A stretch of 64,000 nt of DNA from Anaeramoeba ignava BMAN (lineage: Eukaryota; Protista; Anaeramoebae), in assembly GCA_028826165.1 (NCBI GenBank), contig JAPDFW010000080.1, positions 310,001-374,000 on the forward strand, given 5' to 3'. Shown here piece by piece: positions 24,179-37,226 of the stretch. The position numbers and the translations under genes were made by a program. Positions within the stretch are counted from its first letter, which is position 1; each line of letters opens with the position of its first letter. Below the pieces are notes generated by a model. The model was not told the DNA's origin. It ran no database searches and saw only the letters and a list, made by a program, of their open reading frames with translations.

Positions 24179-24465
24179 TTAATTTTGATTATTAAATTTA
24201 TTAATTAATAAATCAAATAAATTTGGATTTGTTTGATTTAATTGAAAATAATCAATTCCAATTTCAATTTCATTAATGATTTGTTGTGTAATTTGAATTT
24301 CTTCTTTAATTTGATTTGAATAAATCCAATATTCAAATATTTGAAATGATTTATTACTTAATTCACTATAATCTGTAACTTTATTTGATTTATCTTCAGT
24401 TACAGATAAAAACATTCCTCGATATAATTCACTTCTCATTATTAATATTAATTTTGGAAATTTAT
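24179..24465 (-). pseudogene. 3' fragment of RCC1-BTB copy B
   Basis: Matches the last ~95 codons of 14558-16336; homology stops abruptly near 24465. Confidence 0.8.
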
Positions 24466-24555
24466 TTTAAATTAATTTATAAATTAAATATTAAATTAAA
24501 AATAATTTTTCATTTTTAATTTTTCATTTTTTTCTTTTTAAAACTTTTAAATAAA

Positions 24556-26037
24556 ATGAAAAATTATTTAAATTTAGAAAAACTTTCAAATGATTTAAAA
24601 AATTTATTTCAAAATCAAAATCAAAATCAAAATCAAAATGAAAGTTATTTTGATTTTGAAATAATTTGTGAGCAAAATGAAATTTCATTTAAAACTCATA
24701 AATCAATTCTTTCTTCGAGAAGTCATTATTTTAAATCTCTTTTTAAATCTAAAATGAAAGAATATCAAGAAAATAAATTAATTCTAAAAGATGTTTCAAG
24801 TTCAATTCTATTTCCAATTTTGAATTATTTTTATTCAGGAAAGATTGAAATTAATTTAGAAAATGCAATTCAAATTTTAATTTTTTCATCAAAATATTTA
24901 ATTGATGAATTAATTGAAACTTGCTCAAAATTTATTAAAAAGAATTTTAAATTTGAAATTGCTGTTGATATTCTTAAATTATCTGAATCAATGAACTTAA
25001 ATAAATTATTAGATTATTCTTATCAATTTATTTCTAAAAATTTTAAAGAATTTATTAAAACTCCATTTTTTCTTGAACTTGAAGAAAATCATTTAAAATC
25101 AATATTATTAAATGATGAAATTCCAACAAATGAATTTGAAACGTTTCAATCAATAATAAAATGGGGAAAACATAAATCAAATATTAATCAAGAAAAACTT
25201 AAAAAAGAAGAAAAAGAAAAATTACAAAATCAAATTTCAAATCTTATTGATAAAATAAGATTTATTGATTTTTCAAAACAAGAACTTAAAGATACTTTAC
25301 AAGAAGAATTAATTCCAAATCAAATTTCACAAAAATTAATTCAATTCAAAAAACTTCAAAAAAATAAAAAAAATGAAAAAAAATTAAAAGAATTTATTGA
25401 AAAAGAAAATCAAAATTCATTCATTTTCAAATCAAGATTTAAATTTGATTCAGAAATTGTTAAAGATCGAGAACATATCAAGAAATTAAAAGAATGGATA
25501 AATGATAATGAATTCTTTTCCAAAATGAAAAAAGGATTTTCAGCAAAACGAGATGGGTTTAATTGCAAAAATTGGCATTCAATTTGTGATAATAAAGGAA
25601 AAACATTATTTATTATCAAAACAAAACAAAATTTTATTTTTGGAGGATTTACTTCAGTTGGATGGGCAAATGATAAATCAAAGTGGAGAGAAGATGATAG
25701 AAACGGAAGTGTTGGATTTATTTCAGATTCAAATGCATTTATTTTTTCATTAAGAAATGATAAAAATGATAGAAAACCAGAAAAATTTACAATTAAAAAA
25801 GGAAAAGAAGAATTTGCAATTTATTATGATTTAGGTGATGGTCCAACTTTTGGAAAATATGGGAATGGAAATGCTGAATTTTGTTTTCATTATGGTTTAC
25901 AAGGATATTATTCTAATTTTGGATATTGTTACAATCTTCCTAAAGGAATTAAATGGAATACAGGCAAATCTAGAAGTTATTTAGCTGGTTATGGATATGA
26001 TTGGGTTGTTGATGAACTTGAGACTTTTTTTATTTAA
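24556..26037 (+). CDS. BTB-BACK-TLDc protein copy 2 (intact)
   Basis: 493 aa: DFEIIC..THKSILSSRSHYFKSLF (BTB), BACK-like helices, then RDGF..CDNKGKT..IFGGFT..GPTFG..ELETF (TLDc). Confidence 0.9.
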   Translation: MKNYLNLEKLSNDLKNLFQNQNQNQNQNESYFDFEIICEQNEISFKTHKSILSSRSHYFKSLFKSKMKEYQENKLILKDVSSSILFPILNYFYSGKIEINLENAIQILIFSSKYLIDELIETCSKFIKKNFKFEIAVDILKLSESMNLNKLLDYSYQFISKNFKEFIKTPFFLELEENHLKSILLNDEIPTNEFETFQSIIKWGKHKSNINQEKLKKEEKEKLQNQISNLIDKIRFIDFSKQELKDTLQEELIPNQISQKLIQFKKLQKNKKNEKKLKEFIEKENQNSFIFKSRFKFDSEIVKDREHIKKLKEWINDNEFFSKMKKGFSAKRDGFNCKNWHSICDNKGKTLFIIKTKQNFIFGGFTSVGWANDKSKWREDDRNGSVGFISDSNAFIFSLRNDKNDRKPEKFTIKKGKEEFAIYYDLGDGPTFGKYGNGNAEFCFHYGLQGYYSNFGYCYNLPKGIKWNTGKSRSYLAGYGYDWVVDELETFFI

Positions 26038-26171
26038 TAACAAAATCAAAATATCTTTTTTTCTTTTGATAACAAATTCTTCATTTTCCGAAAAATTCCA
26101 ATTAAAAAAAAAGCAAAAAAAATTTTTTTTGATTTGAAAATTTTTGGTTGAAATAATTTCAACAAACAATT

Positions 26172-27733
26172 TTATTTTCTTGTAAAAGATTGTGGAGGAT
26201 TTGGTAAATTTTTTGGAATTTCTGGAATTTCATTAAAAGTTTTCAAAGTATCAATTTCATTAAATAGTGTTGTTAATTCTTCTATTTCTTTCAAAGTTTC
26301 AGGTTCTTTAACATTTCCATCAAGCAAAAATCTTAAAGAATCAACCCATCTTACAAAATTCTATTTTAAAACACAATTCAAAAAGAATTTTAATTTTAAT
26401 TTTAATTCAATTTTAATTTTAATTTTAATTTTAATTTTAATTTTAATTTTAATTTTAATTTTAATTTTAATTTTAATTTTAATTTTAATTTTAATTTTAA
26501 TTTTAATTTTAATTTTAATTTTAATTTAAATTTTAATTTTAATTTTAATTTTAATTTTAATTTTAATTTTAATTTTAATTTTAATTTTAATTTTAATTTT
26601 AATTTTAATTTTAATTTTAATTTTAATTTTAATTTTAATTTTAATTTTAATTTTAATTTTAATTTTTAATTTTAATTTTAATTTTAATTTTTGAATTTAC
26701 TTCTCTTGTTGTAGTTGAAAATATTTGAGCATTTTTTTCGTTTACTAAAGCAAAAGCAGAATCTGGATCAATTTTTTTAGAAATTTTCAAAGTTGCTAAA
26801 TGTTTACCAGTTAATACTTGATTAAAATCCTTAATTCTAACTAAATTTTAAAATTAAATTTTAAATTTAAATTTAATTTTGAATTTAATTTTGAATTTAA
26901 TTTTGAATTTAATTTTGAATTTGATTTTGAATTAAATATTGAATTTAATTTTGAATTTAATTTTGAATTAAATATTGAATTTAATATTGAATTTAATATT
27001 GAATTTAATTTTGAATTTAATATTGAATTAAATTTTGAATTTAATTTTGAATTAAATTTTGAATTTAATATTGAATTTAATTTTGAATTTTGAATTTTAA
27101 TTTTGAATTAAATATTGAATTTAATTTGAATTTTGAATTTATAAATTTTATTGAATTTAATTTTGAATTTAATATTGAATTAAATTTTGAATTTAATTTT
27201 GAATTAAATTTTGAATTTAATATTGAATTAAATTTTGAATTTAATATTGAATTTAATTTTGAATTTAATTTTGAATTTAATATTGAATTTAATATTGAAT
27301 TTAATTTTGAATTAAATATTGAATTTAATATTGAATTTAATTTTGAATTTAATTTTGAATTTAATTTTGAATTTAATTTTGAATTTAAATTGTAATGAAA
27401 ATTTGATGAAAAAATTAATTAAGAGTAAAAATTATTGTGTCTTTGATTTGTTTCTTTTTATTCAAAAAAAAAAAAATAAAAATAATAATAAATATAAATT
27501 CGAAATTTACGTTCAGATTGAAAATTTCCTTTTGTTGAAGTATTTCCACTTTTTAAGATATCAGCGCCAACAATTTCACTTTTAGAATCGTTAAGTTTAA
27601 AAAATCTTGTTTGAGCTTTTCCAGACTTTACTTTATCTAACATTGTTCCTTGTAATAAAATTTGAACATATTTTTCAATTACTAGTTCTTTTGCTTCTGG
27701 TTTTATTTGATCTTGAAATCTTAAACCGTGCAT
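26172..27733 (-). CDS. Stand-alone ELMO C-terminal (atypical PH + Pro-rich) protein, 183 aa
   Basis: Exons 27733-27511, 26840-26701 and 26360-26172 join in frame. IKPEAKELV..ILLQGT..FFKLN; WVDSLRFLLDG..IPEIPKNLPNPP parallels ELMO IQPEILELIK..LVEGT..WTDGLNALLG..IPDAPPPIP. Confidence 0.65.
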
Positions 27734-27934
27734 TTAATTTTTGAAAATTTAAATCAAGTAAAAATGATTTGAAAAAAAAAAATGATTTTTTAAAAAATTT
27801 AAAAAAAAAATTCTTTTGTTAAAAAAATTTTTTCTTTTTTTTATTTTAAGGAAAAATTCTCTTCTTTTTTTAATCTTTTTTTAATCTTTTTATTTAATCT
27901 TTTTATTTAATCTTTTTTTAATCTTTTTTTAATT

Positions 27935-29446
27935 TTATTTCTTTTTTAATTCAGATTTAAAAACTGAAATTCTTTTTGGTTTTTTTTGATTTTTAATTTT
28001 TTTTCTTTTTCTTTTTCTTTTAAATTTATTGTTTCATTTTTTTCAATAACAACAGGAACAAAAGCAGATTTATAATATTTAAAAAGATCTCCAGGATTTT
28101 GTATTTTAGATAAATTTTGTTTTAATTCTTGACTTTTTTCTATTTTATTTGATTTTGATTTTGATTTTGATTTTGATTTTGATTTTGATTTTGATTTTGA
28201 TTTTGATTTTCATTTTCATTTTCATTTTCATTTTTCATTTTGATTTTCATTTTCATTTTCATTTTGAATTTGAATTTGATTTTGATTTTGATTTTGATTT
28301 TCATTTTTATTATTATTTTCATATTTTTGATTTTCATTTTCATTTTTATTAAAATTTTCAAATCTTTCTTGTTCTTGTTGCTCTAAAAGTTTTAATTTTT
28401 CAAAAATTTCATCATCAGTTAAATCTTCAATTTCTTGTTCAACTTGTTTTTGAATTTTATTTTTGAATGAATTTGAATAATTTTCATTATTATTTTCATT
28501 ATTATTTTCATTATTATTTTGATTTTCAATTTGAATTTGATTTTCATTTTGAATTTGAATTTGATTTTTATTTTGATTTTCATTATTTTCATTTTATTTT
28601 ATTTTTTGATTTTTATTTTGATTTTCATTATTTTCATTATTATTTTCATTTTGATTTTCATTTTTTTTATTTTTTCATTTTTATTTTCATTTTTATTTAT
28701 CATTTTTATTTTTCAAATTTTGATTTTGATTTTCATTATTTTCATTATTATTTTCATTTTCAATTTGAAATTTTCATTTTCAATTTCATTATTATTTTCA
28801 TTTTCATTTCATTTCCATTTTCATTTTCATTTTCATTTTCATTATTATTTTTATTTTCATTTTCAAATTGAATTTGATTTTCATTTTGAATTTGAATTTC
28901 ATTTTCATTTTCATTTTCATTTTAATTTTCATTATATTTTTTTCATTTTCGATTTTCATTTTCATTTTCATTTTCATTTTGATTATTTTCATTTTCATTT
29001 TCATTTTCTTCAAATTCTAAAATTTCAAAATTTCCATAATCATTTTTTAATTGAATCATTTCATTAATAAAAGAAAGTTTTTTTTGCAAATCTTGAATTA
29101 AAGCTTCAAAATTATTTTTTTTTTCCATCATTTTTTGAATTTGTCTTTGAAGAATTTCAATAGTTTGAGTATGAGATCTTTCAACAAAATAATTATCACC
29201 CAAAAGAACCAAAAATTCATTTGTATGAATTATTTTTCCTTCAAAAAATGCAAGTGATCCAAATTTAACGTGTGTTTTATGTGTTGTTTTATTTGGTAAA
29301 ATTTCAATTTGATCTTGAATATATTTATATTTATTTATAAGATTTTCTAATTCTTCTATTTTTTTATTTGATAAATTAATTTGTGCTTCTGTATGCAGTT
29401 TAAGTCTTTCATAATTTAAAGGTTGAGAATTTTGTTGTTGATTCAT
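27935..29446 (-). CDS. URI1: Unconventional prefoldin RPB5 interactor URI1/Bud27; low-complexity middle has apparent frameshifts
   Basis: Prefoldin-alpha GKIIHTNEFLVLLGDNYF, then DEIFEKLKLLEQQEQE, NPGDLFK, AFVPVVIEK and a C-terminal URI box KRISVFKS. The N/E microsatellite at 28470-29000 breaks the frame. Confidence 0.8.
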
Positions 29447-29667
29447 TATTAAAATTTATTAATTTAAAAAAGAAAAAAATGAAAAACAAAAAACAAAAAA
29501 AATTTTTAAATTTTAAAAATAAATTGTTTTCTGGCTAAAAAAAAAAACATAAACAAAAATTTTTTTTTAAATTCTTTTTTTTTTTTTTTCATTTTTTTCT
29601 TTTCTCTTTTTTTCTTATTTCTTGTTATTATTATTATTTGGGTATAAAAAAAAATCCAATTAATGAG

Positions 29668-32600
29668 ATGAATCTTAACCGACCCGAAACAGCTTTAACA
29701 TCAGATGAAGTGAATTTTTTAATATTTAAATATTTACAAGAAAGTGGGATGGATCATTCTGCATTTGTTTTTGCTCAAGAAAGCCAAGTTTTGAATTCTC
29801 CAATTGTTTTACAAGGTGATTCTGGTCTTCCTAAGGCTGCTTTAGTTACATTAATTCAAAAAGGTCTTCAATATACAGAAATTGAACAATCTTTATCAAA
29901 AGTAATTTTATAAATAATTTAATAAATAATTTTATAATTAATTTTATAAATAATTTTATATTTAATTTTATATTTAATTTTATAAGTAATTTTATAAATA
30001 ATTTTATAAATAATTTTATAAATAATTTTATAAATAATTTTATAAATAATTTTATAAATAATTTTATAAATAATTTTATAAATAATTTTATAAATAATTT
30101 TATAAATAATTTTATAAATAATTTTATATTTAATTTTATAAATAATTTTATAAATAATTTTATAAATAATTTTATAAATAAATTTTATAAAATTTTTTAT
30201 AAATAATTTTTATAAATAATTTTATAAATAATTTTGTAAAACAATTTTATATTTAATTTTAATTAATAATTTTTAAATAAATAATTTTATAAATAATTTT
30301 TATAAATAATTTTTATAAATAATTTTATAAATAATTTTATAATTAATTTAATAAATAATTTTTTATTTTATAAATAATTTTATAAATAATTTTATAAATA
30401 ATTTTATAAATAAATTTATATTTAATTTTATAAATAATTTTATTAATAATTTTATATTTAATTTTATAAATAATTTTATATTTAATTTTATAAATAATTT
30501 TATAAATAATTTTATAAATAATTTAATAAATAATTTAATAAATAATTTAATAAATAATTTTATAAATAATTTTATAAATAATTTTATAAATAATTAGGTT
30601 GATTTAGAACAAGAATTTTTTGAAAAAAAAAGAAAGAAAAAAGAAAGAAAAGATAAAGTATCAAAAGAAGAAAAAGCAAAAACAACAAGTAATACAAAAC
30701 AAGAGCCAAATACAAATGATGGAGAATCACAACAAGAAAAAGAAAATACAACAAAAAATTCATTAACAAAAAATACAGACAATCCAGATTTTGGAATTTC
30801 AAAAACATCAAATGATTCACAAAAACAAGATACTAATAACTTATCAGATCCCAAAAAAAATAGCAATATTCAAACTAATCAATCCCAGACTTTTTCAAAT
30901 CCTAATTCTAATTTTCCTGCTAAAATTAAATTCCTTGAAAATGATGTTAAAATTTTAAAAGGACATACTTCAGAAGTATTAAAAAATAATATTGACTATT
31001 TTAGATTTTTGAAAAATGAAAAAAGACAATTTATTTATTGTTTATTTCTTCTTTTTCTTCTTTTTTATTTAGGTTTTTGTTTGTCAATGGTCACCAAATG
31101 GTCGTTTTTTAGCTTCTGGGTAAATCTATTCAATTAAGCAAATTACAAATTACAAATTAAAAATTAAAAATTAAACAAATTAAAAATTAAAAATTAAAAA
31201 TTAAACAAATTAAAAATTAAAAATTAAAAATTAAAAATTAAAAATTAAAAACCATAATTAAATTGGAATATTTTTTTAGTTCTGGTGATACTACTGCTCG
31301 TATTTGGGATATTTCTTATTTAGAAACAAATAATATTAAATTAGATCAAATTCCATCTAAAGTTCTTAAACATCATAATTTAAATACAACTGTTTCAAGC
31401 AAAGATGTTACAACTTTAGATTGGCATGTAAATTGATTTTTTTTAAAAGAGAATTATTTAATTTAATTTCATTATTTTATTTAATTTTATTATTTTATTT
31501 TAGCCTCAAGGAGCATTTCTTGCAACAGGTTCTTATGATGGAATTGCAAGAATATGGAGAGAAGATGGTAAATTATTTTTTTAATTAAAATTAAAATGAA
31601 AATTAAAATGAAAATGAAAATGAAAATGAAAATGAAAATGAAAATGAAAATGAAAATGAAAATTAAAATCAAAATGAAAATGAAAATGAAAATTAAAATT
31701 AAAATTAAAATGAAAATTAAATTGAAAATGAAAATGAAAATGAAAATGAAAATGAAAATGAAAATGAAAATTAAAATTAAATTTGAATTTAATTTTATAA
31801 TTAATTTGAATGGAAAAAACAGGAGAAATTGTTAGTTCACTTGTAGGACATAAAAGTGCAATTTTTAGTTTGAAATGGAACAAAACAGGAGATTTTTTAC
31901 TGAGTGGATCATTAGATTCATCAGTGATAGTATGGGATACAAAAACAAACAGTCAAAAACAAATATTTCGAAAGCATACAGCGCCAACACTAGATGTTGA
32001 TTGGAGAACTCCAATTTGAATGGAAAAAACAGGAGAAATTGTTAGGTCATACTGATGAAGTTAATAATATTAAATGGGATCCTTCTGGTTTACTTCTTGC
32101 CTCTTGTTCTGATGATTTCACAGCAAAAGTAAAATATTTTAAATTTTAATTTTAATTTTAATTTTAATTTTAATTTTAATTTCATTTTGATTTTAATTGG
32201 GATTTTAAAAAACAAACAGTCAAAAACAAATTTATTTCGAATTTTTATTTTAATTTTAACATTTAGATGTTGATTGGAGAACTCCAATTTTAATTTTAAT
32301 TTTAATTGTAGTGTCGATTTTAAAAATTTTAATTTTTTAATTTTAATTGGTTTAAAGATATTTTAATTTTTTTTAATTATTAGATTTTTTAATGAAAAGG
32401 TCATACTGATGAACATTAATAATATTATAAAATGGGATCCTTCTGGTTTAATTTTATCAACAGCATCTTTTGATTGTTTTAATTAAAATATGGGATTTCA
32501 CAGCTTTTAAAAAGTATTTTAATTTTAATTTTAAAATTTTAATTTTAATTTTAATTTTAATTTTAATTTTAATTTAATTTTAATTTTAATTTTAATTTTA

Positions 32601-33969
32601 ATTTTAATTTTAATTTTAATTTTAATTTTAATTTTAATTTTAATTTTAAATTTTAATTTTAATTTTAATTTTAATTTTAATTTTAATTTTTAATTTTAAT
32701 TTTAATTTTAATTTTAATTTTAATTTTAATTTTAAATTTTAATTTTAATTTTAATTTTTAATTTTAATTTTAATTTAATTTTAATTTTAATTTTAATTTT
32801 AATTTTAATTTTTAATTTTAATTGAATTTTAATTTTAATTTTAATTTTAATTTTAATTTTAATTTTAATTTTAATTTTAATTTTAATTTTAATTTTGGAA
32901 ATTTTTAATGAAAATTTTGTTTTAATTTGATAATTTTAATTTTAATTTTAATTTTAATTTTAATTTAAAATTTAATTTTAAATTTTAATTTTAACACAGG
33001 ATTTTAAAAGGAACAAAATATTTAAATAAAGATTTTAATTTTTTTTAATTTTAATTTTTAATTTTCTTTTGATTTTGTTTATTTTAAAATTTATGGGATA
33101 TTTTAAAATTTCTAAATGGGCAAATTTTAATTTTAATTTTATTTTTAATTTTAATTTTAATTTCTAAATGAATTTCATTTTAATTTCTAAATAATTTTAA
33201 TTTTAATTTTAATTTTAATTTCTAAATGAATTTTAAATTTTAATTTTAATTTTAATTTTAATTTTTAATTTTGAATTTTAATTTTAATTTTAATTTTAAT
33301 TTTAATTTTAATTTTAATTTTAATTTTAATTTTTAATTTTAATTTTAATTTTAATTTTAATTTTTTTTAAAATTTTAATTTTAATTTTGATTTTAATTTT
33401 AATTTTTAATTTTAATTTTAATTTTTAATTTTAATTTTAATTTTAATTTTAATTTTAAAATTTTAATTTTAATTTTAATTTTAATTTAATTTTAATTTTA
33501 ATTTCTAAATGAATTTTGATTTGAATTTTAATTTTAATTTTAATTTTAATTTTAATTTCTAAATGAATTTCAATTTTAATTTTGATTTGAATTTTAATTT
33601 TAATTTCTAAATGAATTTTAATTTTAATTTTAATTTCTAAATGAATTTTAATTTTAATTTCTAAATGAATTTTAATATTAATTTCTAAATGAATTTTAAT
33701 ATTAATTTCTAAATGAATTTTAATTTTAATTTCAATTTCTAATAAAAAGATCACCAGTTTATTCAATTGCTTTTAGTCCAGATGGTGAATATTTAGCAAG
33801 TGGTTCATTTGATAAATCAATTTATATTTGGTCAGTAAAAACAGGAAATGTTGTTCGTTCTTATCAAGATACTGCTGGAATTTTTGAAGTAAGTTGGAGT
33901 CCAAATGGAGATAAAATTGCTGGAGCTTTTGCTGATCATAAAATTGCAATTCTTGATTTTAGGATGTGA
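29668..33969 (+). CDS. TBL1: TBL1/TBLR1 (Sif2/HOS15-like) LisH-WD40 protein, multi-exon; middle is garbled
   Basis: [22 protein letters not shown] (LisH), [82 protein letters not shown]. Confidence 0.85.
29910..30595. repeat. Intronic ~13-nt repeat (ATAAATAATTTT[A])
   Basis: Tandem array filling TBL1 intron 1. Confidence 0.85.
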
Positions 33970-34173
33970 TTCAATTAACTCCTTTTCCACTTTTTTTTTT
34001 GATTTTCCACTTTTTTTTTTGCTTTTTGCTTTTTTTTTTGGTTTAACAAACAAATTTTTTACTTTACTTTAATAATAAATCAATAAAACAAATTTAATTT
34101 TTAAAAAGTATTTTTTTCATTTTTTTCATTTTTTTCATTTTTTTCATTTTTCATTTTTTTTTAATTAATTATA

Positions 34174-35640
34174 ATGCAAAATAAAAAAGAAAAAGAAGAA
34201 GAAAAATATGATTTTATGTTGAACATATTATTAATTGGAGATTATGGAGTTGGAAAAACAAATATTGTAATGAGATATTCTGATAATGAATTTGGTAATT
34301 TTCCTGATACAATTTCTCAAGTCGAATTTAAAACAAAGAAAATAGAAATTGGAGGAAAAATAATTAAATTGGAACTTCGAGATTCATCTGGTCAAGGTTT
34401 TTATAATTAAAAATATTTTAATTTTTATTTTAATTTAAATTTTTATTTATTATTTTTCAAATTTAAAGAACGTGTTACACAAATTGGGCAATGTATCTTT
34501 TCTTAAAAAAAAAAGCAAATTTATTTCAAAAAATTAATATTAATCCAAAATCAATCCAAAATTATTTCATTATTATTTAAGCGTATTATAAAGGAGTTCA
34601 TGGAATTTTTTTAGTTTATGATATTACTAATAAAGATTCTTTTAGAAATATTAAAACAAGATGGTTTTATGATATCAGAAAATATGCAAATGAAAATGTT
34701 CAAATTATTTTAATTGGAAATAAAAATGATTTAGAAGAAAAAAGAATAATTTCAAAAGAAGAAGGAAAAGAATTTGCTGATAAATTAGAAATTCCTTTTT
34801 ATGAAATTTCTGCTAAAAATAATATTAATATTGATGATATTTTTTATCATTTAACAACAAATATTCTTGAAAATATTGATGAAAATAATCAATTACAACC
34901 AAGAATTAAAGATACAATTCAAAATGATTTTAAACAATTATTTGAAAGAAAAGAATTATGTGATTTTGAAATTGAATGTAAAGATGATCAAAATTCCATT
35001 TAATAAAATCAAAATTCCAATTCATAAATTAATTATTCAAAACAGATTAAAAATTAATGAAAATCAAATTAAAAATGAATTATATTCAATTTTATTACAA
35101 AATTCAGAAAAAGAAGTTAATATTTTATTAGAATGGATTTATTTTGGAAAAGTTTTATATTCAAATTTATCAATTTTAAAAGAATGGAAAAATAAACTTT
35201 CAAATATTTGTGAAATTGAATTTAAAAGAGGAACAAAATCATTTTTAAAAGATTTAGAAATATTAATGAATTCAGAAGAAACTAAAGATTTTCAAATTAT
35301 TTCAAATAATCAAATAATCAAAGTTCATAAAATAATATTATTAACCAGAAGTGAATTATATCGAGGAATGTTTATTAATGTAACTGAAGATAAAACCAAT
35401 CAAGTTCATGAATACAGTAATAAACAACTCGAAACTATTCAATCATTAATCCATTTTTTTTATACTGATGAACTTCCAAAAATTGAAAAATCAATAATTT
35501 ATGAAGAATTAAAAGAATGTGTTGATTATTTTCAATTAAATTCAAAAAGATTAATTCAAATTATTCAAAAAATTGAAAAAGAAATTGAAAATCAAAATCA
35601 AATTCAAATTCAAAATCAAAAGAAATGTTTAATTTTTTGA
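34174..35640 (+). CDS. Rab GTPase-BTB-BTB-CaaX fusion, copy 1 (1-nt insertion near 34994)
   Basis: Three exons including micro-exon 34469-34492. [20 protein letters not shown]; BTB tail; ends KKCLIF. An extra T relative to the paralogs breaks the frame. Confidence 0.75.
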
Positions 35641-35707
35641 AATTTTAAAAATATTTTTTTTCATTTTTTCATTTTTCATTTTTCATTTTTTCAATTAATG
35701 AATTATA
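35641..35707 (+). promoter_or_regulatory. 67-bp intergenic region with tandem TCATTTT(T) putative initiator motifs (representative example)
   Basis: The same motif lies within ~10-80 nt upstream of almost every ATG in the window, on the coding strand. Confidence 0.55.
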
Positions 35708-37160
35708 ATGCAAAATAAAAAAGAAAAATATGATTTTTTATTTAAAATTTTAATAGCTGGAGATTATAAAGTTGGAAAAACACAAATGCTATCAAGATTT
35801 TGTGATAATCAATTTACAGATGAATATAAAGAAACTATTGGAGTTGATTTAAAAATGGAAATAATAGAAATTGAAGGAAAAACAATTCAATTACAAATTT
35901 GGGATGTAGCTGGTCAAGGTTTTTATAATTAAAAATAATTAAAATATTAAAATATTCATATTTAAATTTAATTTTTATTTTCCAAATTTTAAAGATGACT
36001 TTAGATCGATTATTCCAAGTATCTTTTCTTAAAAAAAAAAGCAAATTTATTTCAAAAAATTAATATTAATCCAAAATTATTTCATTATTATTTAAGTGTA
36101 TTTTAGAGGAGCAAAAGGAGTTCTTTTAGTTTATGATATTACTAATCAAAATTCTTTTAATAATATTAAAACAAGATGGATTGAAGATATCAAAAAAAAT
36201 TTAAATAAAACTCTCCAAATGATTTTAATTGGAAATAAAAATGATTTAGAAGAAAAAAGAATAATTTCAAAAGAAAAAGGAAAAGAATTTGCTGATAAAT
36301 TACAAATTCCTTTTTATGAAGTTTCTGCTAAAAATAATATTAATATTGATGATGCTTTTTTTCATTTAGCAACAAATATTCTTGAAAATATTGATGAAAA
36401 TAATCAATTAAAACCAAAAAATAAATATACAATTCAAGAAGATTTTAAACAATTATTTGAAAGAAAAGAATTATGTGATTTTGAAATTGAATGTAAAGAT
36501 GATCAAAATCCTCTTAATAAAATCAAAATTCCAATTCATAAATTAATTATTCAAAACAGATTAAAAATTAATGAAAATCAAATTAAAAATGAGTTATATT
36601 CAATTTTATCACAAAATTCAGAAAAAGAAGTTAATATTTTATTAGAATGGATTTATTTTGGAAAAGTTTTATATTCAAATTTATCAATTTTAAAAGAATG
36701 GAAAAATAAATTTTCAAATATTATTTGTGAAATTGAATTTAAAAGAGGAACAACATCATTTTTAAAAGATTTAGAAATATTAATGAATTCAGAAGAAACT
36801 AAAGATTTTCAAATTATTTCAAATAAAAAAAAAATCAAAGTTCATAAAATAATATTATTAGCCAGAAGTGAATTATATCGAGGAATGTTTATTAATGTAA
36901 CTGAAGATAAAACCAATCAAGTTCATGAATACAGTAATAAACAACTTAAAACTATTCAATCATTAATTCATTTTTTTTATACTGATGAACTTCCAAAAAT
37001 TGAAAAATCAATAATTTATGAAGAATTAAAAGAATGTGTTGATTATTTTCAATTAAATTCAACAAGATTAATTCAAATTATTCAAAAAATTGAAAATGAA
37101 AAAGAAAAAGAAAAGGAAAAAAATGTGAATCCTTTCGAAACAAGATGTTTAATTTTTTGA
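35708..37160 (+). CDS. Rab GTPase-BTB-BTB-CaaX fusion, copy 2
   Basis: Micro-exon 35995-36018. GDYKVGKT, TIGVDL, WDVAGQDDFRSIIPMYFRGAKG, NKND, SAK; ends TRCLIF. Confidence 0.9.
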
Positions 37161-37226
37161 AATTTAAAAATATTTTTCATTTTTCATTTTTTCATTTTTC
37201 ATTTTTCATTTTTAATTATTTATAAA

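Noticed and set aside
34174-34410. Short 73-78 aa Rab N-terminal ORFs as truncated pseudogenes (all six copies)
   Set aside because: Each ends at a conserved G|GTTTT donor and splices in frame through a 24-nt micro-exon to the rest of the gene.
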